DNA of 64,000 nucleotides from Isurus oxyrinchus (lineage: Eukaryota): assembly GCA_026770705.1 (NCBI GenBank), contig JANJGN010000004.1, positions 190,650,001 through 190,714,000 on the forward strand. Direction: 5' to 3'. The notes below the pieces were generated by a model, which saw only the letters and a program-made list of their open reading frames with translations, had not been told where the DNA came from and did not search any database. Made by a program: the position numbers and the translations under genes. Positions 60,960-64,000 of this stretch are shown here, one piece after another. Within the stretch, counting starts at the first letter, position 1, and every line of letters begins with the position of its first letter.

Positions 60960-61849
60960 TGTCATGAGAGTATGATATTTTCATATTTTTTCTGGTTTAT
61001 TGTAAAGTAGGTTTATGGGGGTAAGTAGTTGGGTCTGCCTGTGTGTGATTTAATTACATTTGGGGTCAAATAGACTGTAGGCTTTGACTCATCAAAAGAA
61101 GCTAATGAGTAAACATGGATGCTGGCTTAGCATGTAAGGTGTGAAGAGAATTTGCATTTTTAGATAGATGAAGGGGGATTTGGATTTCAAAGGGATCTCA
61201 GTCTGTTTACAAATAGCCAGACCAGCAAGGCTAAGGAATGTGTTTATTTTTCCCCAAGAGTTACTGACATTGTATAGTGACAACATGGAAGTTTTTATGT
61301 TTTGAGGGAGATACAGTTTCAAAGACTTATGAGACAATAGAATTTATATATTAAGAGACACACATAGATAAAGGAGAATGAGGTTATATGTCAGGAGGAG
61401 GCATTGTGAGATCAAACAGAAGTATGTGAAGTAGCCTTAATGAAGCCTCCAGCATTTGTGCATACGCCTGCTGTCTACAGAAACTGAAATTGGAGAAAGA
61501 CATTTTGAATTCCACCGTTCATGATATTGTATTAATTTGCTGGATCTGTTTAGAATCTAAAACCTATTTTTGGGCTGTTGCCTTAAAGAGGGTGTAACTG
61601 GGAGATAGGTTAATTAGGAGTTATTATAGTGGTAATTTGTAGTCCTATGTATATGCTTGAAATTTGTTCTTTTGCTAATAAATATTATGCGTTTGTTTTT
61701 TTTCAAAAATCTAAACTGGACTTATTACTTCTGAATTCAGAACATGCATCTCGAAATAAATAAAAATTGCAAAACCATTGCGATAGTGTGATCAAGTTTC
61801 CCTCAGGGATTTGACCCGCCAGGCATACATCATTTGCTGTGTCATAATA
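60960..61849 (+). mobile_element. Solo LTR (~890 bp) with 4-bp TSD ACAC
   Basis: TGTCATGA...TCATAATA imperfect inverted termini; ACAC at 60956-60959 and 61850-61853; AT-rich with AATAAA in the 3' part. Confidence 0.7.
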
Positions 61850-62589
61850 ACACCTCAGAGAAGCTGGCCATTGCAATCCCTACCTTTTGCGGCACTATTA
61901 AAGGGGAAATGTAGGAGTTAGTAGCTTAACATCACAGTCACTCCATTTCAACATTAACACATAGGAATGTGAAATTTGGGAATGCAGGCAAACGTTAATC
62001 AAGCACAGGTGCTGCATGTATGGCATCCCATCAATGAAAGACTTTCATGTGCTTTCCATAATTGATATTCATAATAGAGCAAAGGGCATCCAGTCAGGAA
62101 TCATGAGCAACTTATTGTCAATGAGTATCCCAGATCTGAGATTGGAGCTAGGTCAGGTCACGCATGTCATTCAAATCTTCTACTTCTGTGGGAATCAGAT
62201 GTAATGTCACAGGATGGCACCTCGATCACCTTGATGAGTATGTGAGTGCCTCAGATAGAAGGCTGCATCACCAACAAAGATAGTAGGGCAGAAACTACTA
62301 CAGACCATTACAATCATTTTTTATTCAAGATTGTAAGCTTCACTGTTTTAAAACATTATGCATTAATCTATTCAATCTATCATTTCAGAGAGAAGAACAA
62401 AACAGTTCTGGATCCAGGGCTCAACGCTGCTCTTTTGGAGGGTTCTTATACGTTGGAGGAGGAGAAGGGACAGGCAATGCTGAGTGCAGCTTCAGGAGGA
62501 GGCCCTGTCTGAGGTCCAGATTGCAGGGGAGCCACAGCAAGAACATGAGGATCAGGAGGATAGGCCCAGACCAAGGAAGTGACTCAATA

Positions 62590-63522
62590 AACCAAGAAGA
62601 CTATCATATTTGCAAATAGGTGAAAGACAATGGTGTGCATGTCTGCGCTTGTCACGAGCTCTGGTGGATCGCATCAGCCACATTCTTCAGGAGGACTTAA
62701 TGTCCTGTGGAGTTGGAGGCTATCCCCTGCCAGTAGATCATTCCAGGGATCCACAGGGGACCTGCAGCATCTCGCAGTCTATGCCACACACAGATGCATC
62801 AAGGTGGTCACAGGTGCCCTCTACAGCAAGGCACATCACTATGTGAGGTTTACGTTTGATGAAGATAATGACCGAGAGATTCAATCAATCAGTTTGCAGC
62901 TATCTCAGGCTTCCCAAGAGTGCAGGGTGCAATCAACTGTACCCATGTGGCTTTAAGGGCTCCATGGCAGCAGCCGTTAATGTTTATCAACCATAAAGGC
63001 TTTCGTTCCATTAATGTGCAACTGGTTTGCAATTACCGGAAGTACATAATGCATGTCTGTACCAGGTACCCTGGGAGTTGCCATGACTCATACATCCTCA
63101 ATCACTCCCAGGTGCCTCAGACATTCAAAGGATCTGAGCATCTACATGGATGGCTGCTCGAGGATAAGGGGTACCCACTGAAATGCTGGTTCATGACTCC
63201 AGTATATCAACCTCAGAGTGCTTCAGAGGAGAGGTACAATGTAGCTCACAGCTCCACACAGTCCTTAATTGAGCAGACCATTTGGCATTCTGAAGATACA
63301 CTTCTGATGTTTGGGCCGCTCAGGTGGGGCACTACAGCATGCTCCAGACAGGGTTCATCAATGTGTTGCACCCTTTACAGCCTGGTGCTGCAAAGGGATG
63401 ATCCCTTGCCTGAGGGAGAACTGGAGGAGGCTGAGAGCTCCTCGGAGGATGAAGAGCAGGAGGGCCAGGAGCCTGAACAGGGTGATGAGGGTCAGCTTCC
63501 ATGGGATGACATCATCGAGTAA
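62590..63522 (+). pseudogene. PIF/Harbinger (HARBI1-like) transposase, frameshifted
   Basis: GAINCTHV (catalytic D replaced by N), NHKGFRSINVQLVC, PGSCHDSYIL, LLEDKGY, YNVAH...IEQTI. Confidence 0.88.
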
Positions 63523-64000
63523 GCCCAACATGGAAGATATGCCCGTGCCACTTAAATTGCTGCCAGATTCCAGGAGGAGTAAAGTGAAGGCAATGGGAGA
63601 TGTCCGCATTTCTCCTGCCCCTTAATACAATTCCACTGCATTGAAAGGCATGTCCAGTCTGTATAGCAAATATAGCATTCAGACTTGCACTTTTCAGCCT
63701 CATGATTGGCCAGACCATGATCTTTCAGGAGGTCAGCGGGGCACCCCATAACGTGCTCACTCTGCTAAGTGAGAGTTGACTCAACAGCGAGATTGCTGAG
63801 GTAGCTTTCTTGATGCAGTTCATCATGACATTAATGAGGAACTATAGCGGCCAGTGAGACATGGTTGGGGATATCATCCTCCCATCCAGGTCTGGTCCTT
63901 TGGCACTACCACTGAGGAGGCAACTGCTGCTAAACCCTCAAGGCTGCTCAGCTGCCCTCACACAATGATGTGTTGCGAGGAAAAAGGGTTACAAATGCAT

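Larger units (their letters stand above)
59440..64000 (+). mobile_element. Probable degraded autonomous-type Harbinger element(s) running off the window
   Basis: TIR-like gggtggaatttt at 59440, GC-richer interior, transposase at 62590-63522; right TIR not seen. Confidence 0.45.

Noticed and set aside
62920-63522. Domesticated HARBI1 gene
   Set aside because: Frameshifts, catalytic D to N and a transposon context indicate a decayed transposase

Overview
Repeat-rich vertebrate genomic DNA, most likely a cartilaginous fish (inferred from the repeat complement: CR1, Deu-type SINEs, Penelope relics, Harbinger). No prokaryotic features or CRISPR array. On the + strand, 12 coding exons (5636-29327) encode roughly the last three-quarters of the sodium-dependent multivitamin transporter SLC5A6/SMVT. 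All introns are GT-AG, the phases are consistent and the protein ends ...QETSL*; the 5' exons lie upstream of the window. An isolated phase 1-1 Ig V-set exon (54072-54422) resembles Siglec-15 but lacks the sialic-acid-binding Arg. The rest is mostly mobile DNA: five copies of one young CR1 family (zinc-finger + SGNH-esterase ORF1; 118-bp 5' monomers with CTCF-like motifs), other CR1/L2-type LINEs and their partner SINEs, Penelope-derived inverted repeats with hammerhead-like cores, PIF/Harbinger relics and MITEs, a solo LTR, and two minisatellites. I see no convincing wholly new multi-gene system. The best leads are the CR1 5' monomers, the Arg-less Siglec-15-like domain, the hammerhead-like fold-back insertion and a minisatellite apparently amplified from a SINE tRNA-like head. 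Repeat boundaries were read by eye and are approximate unless a target-site duplication (TSD) is given.
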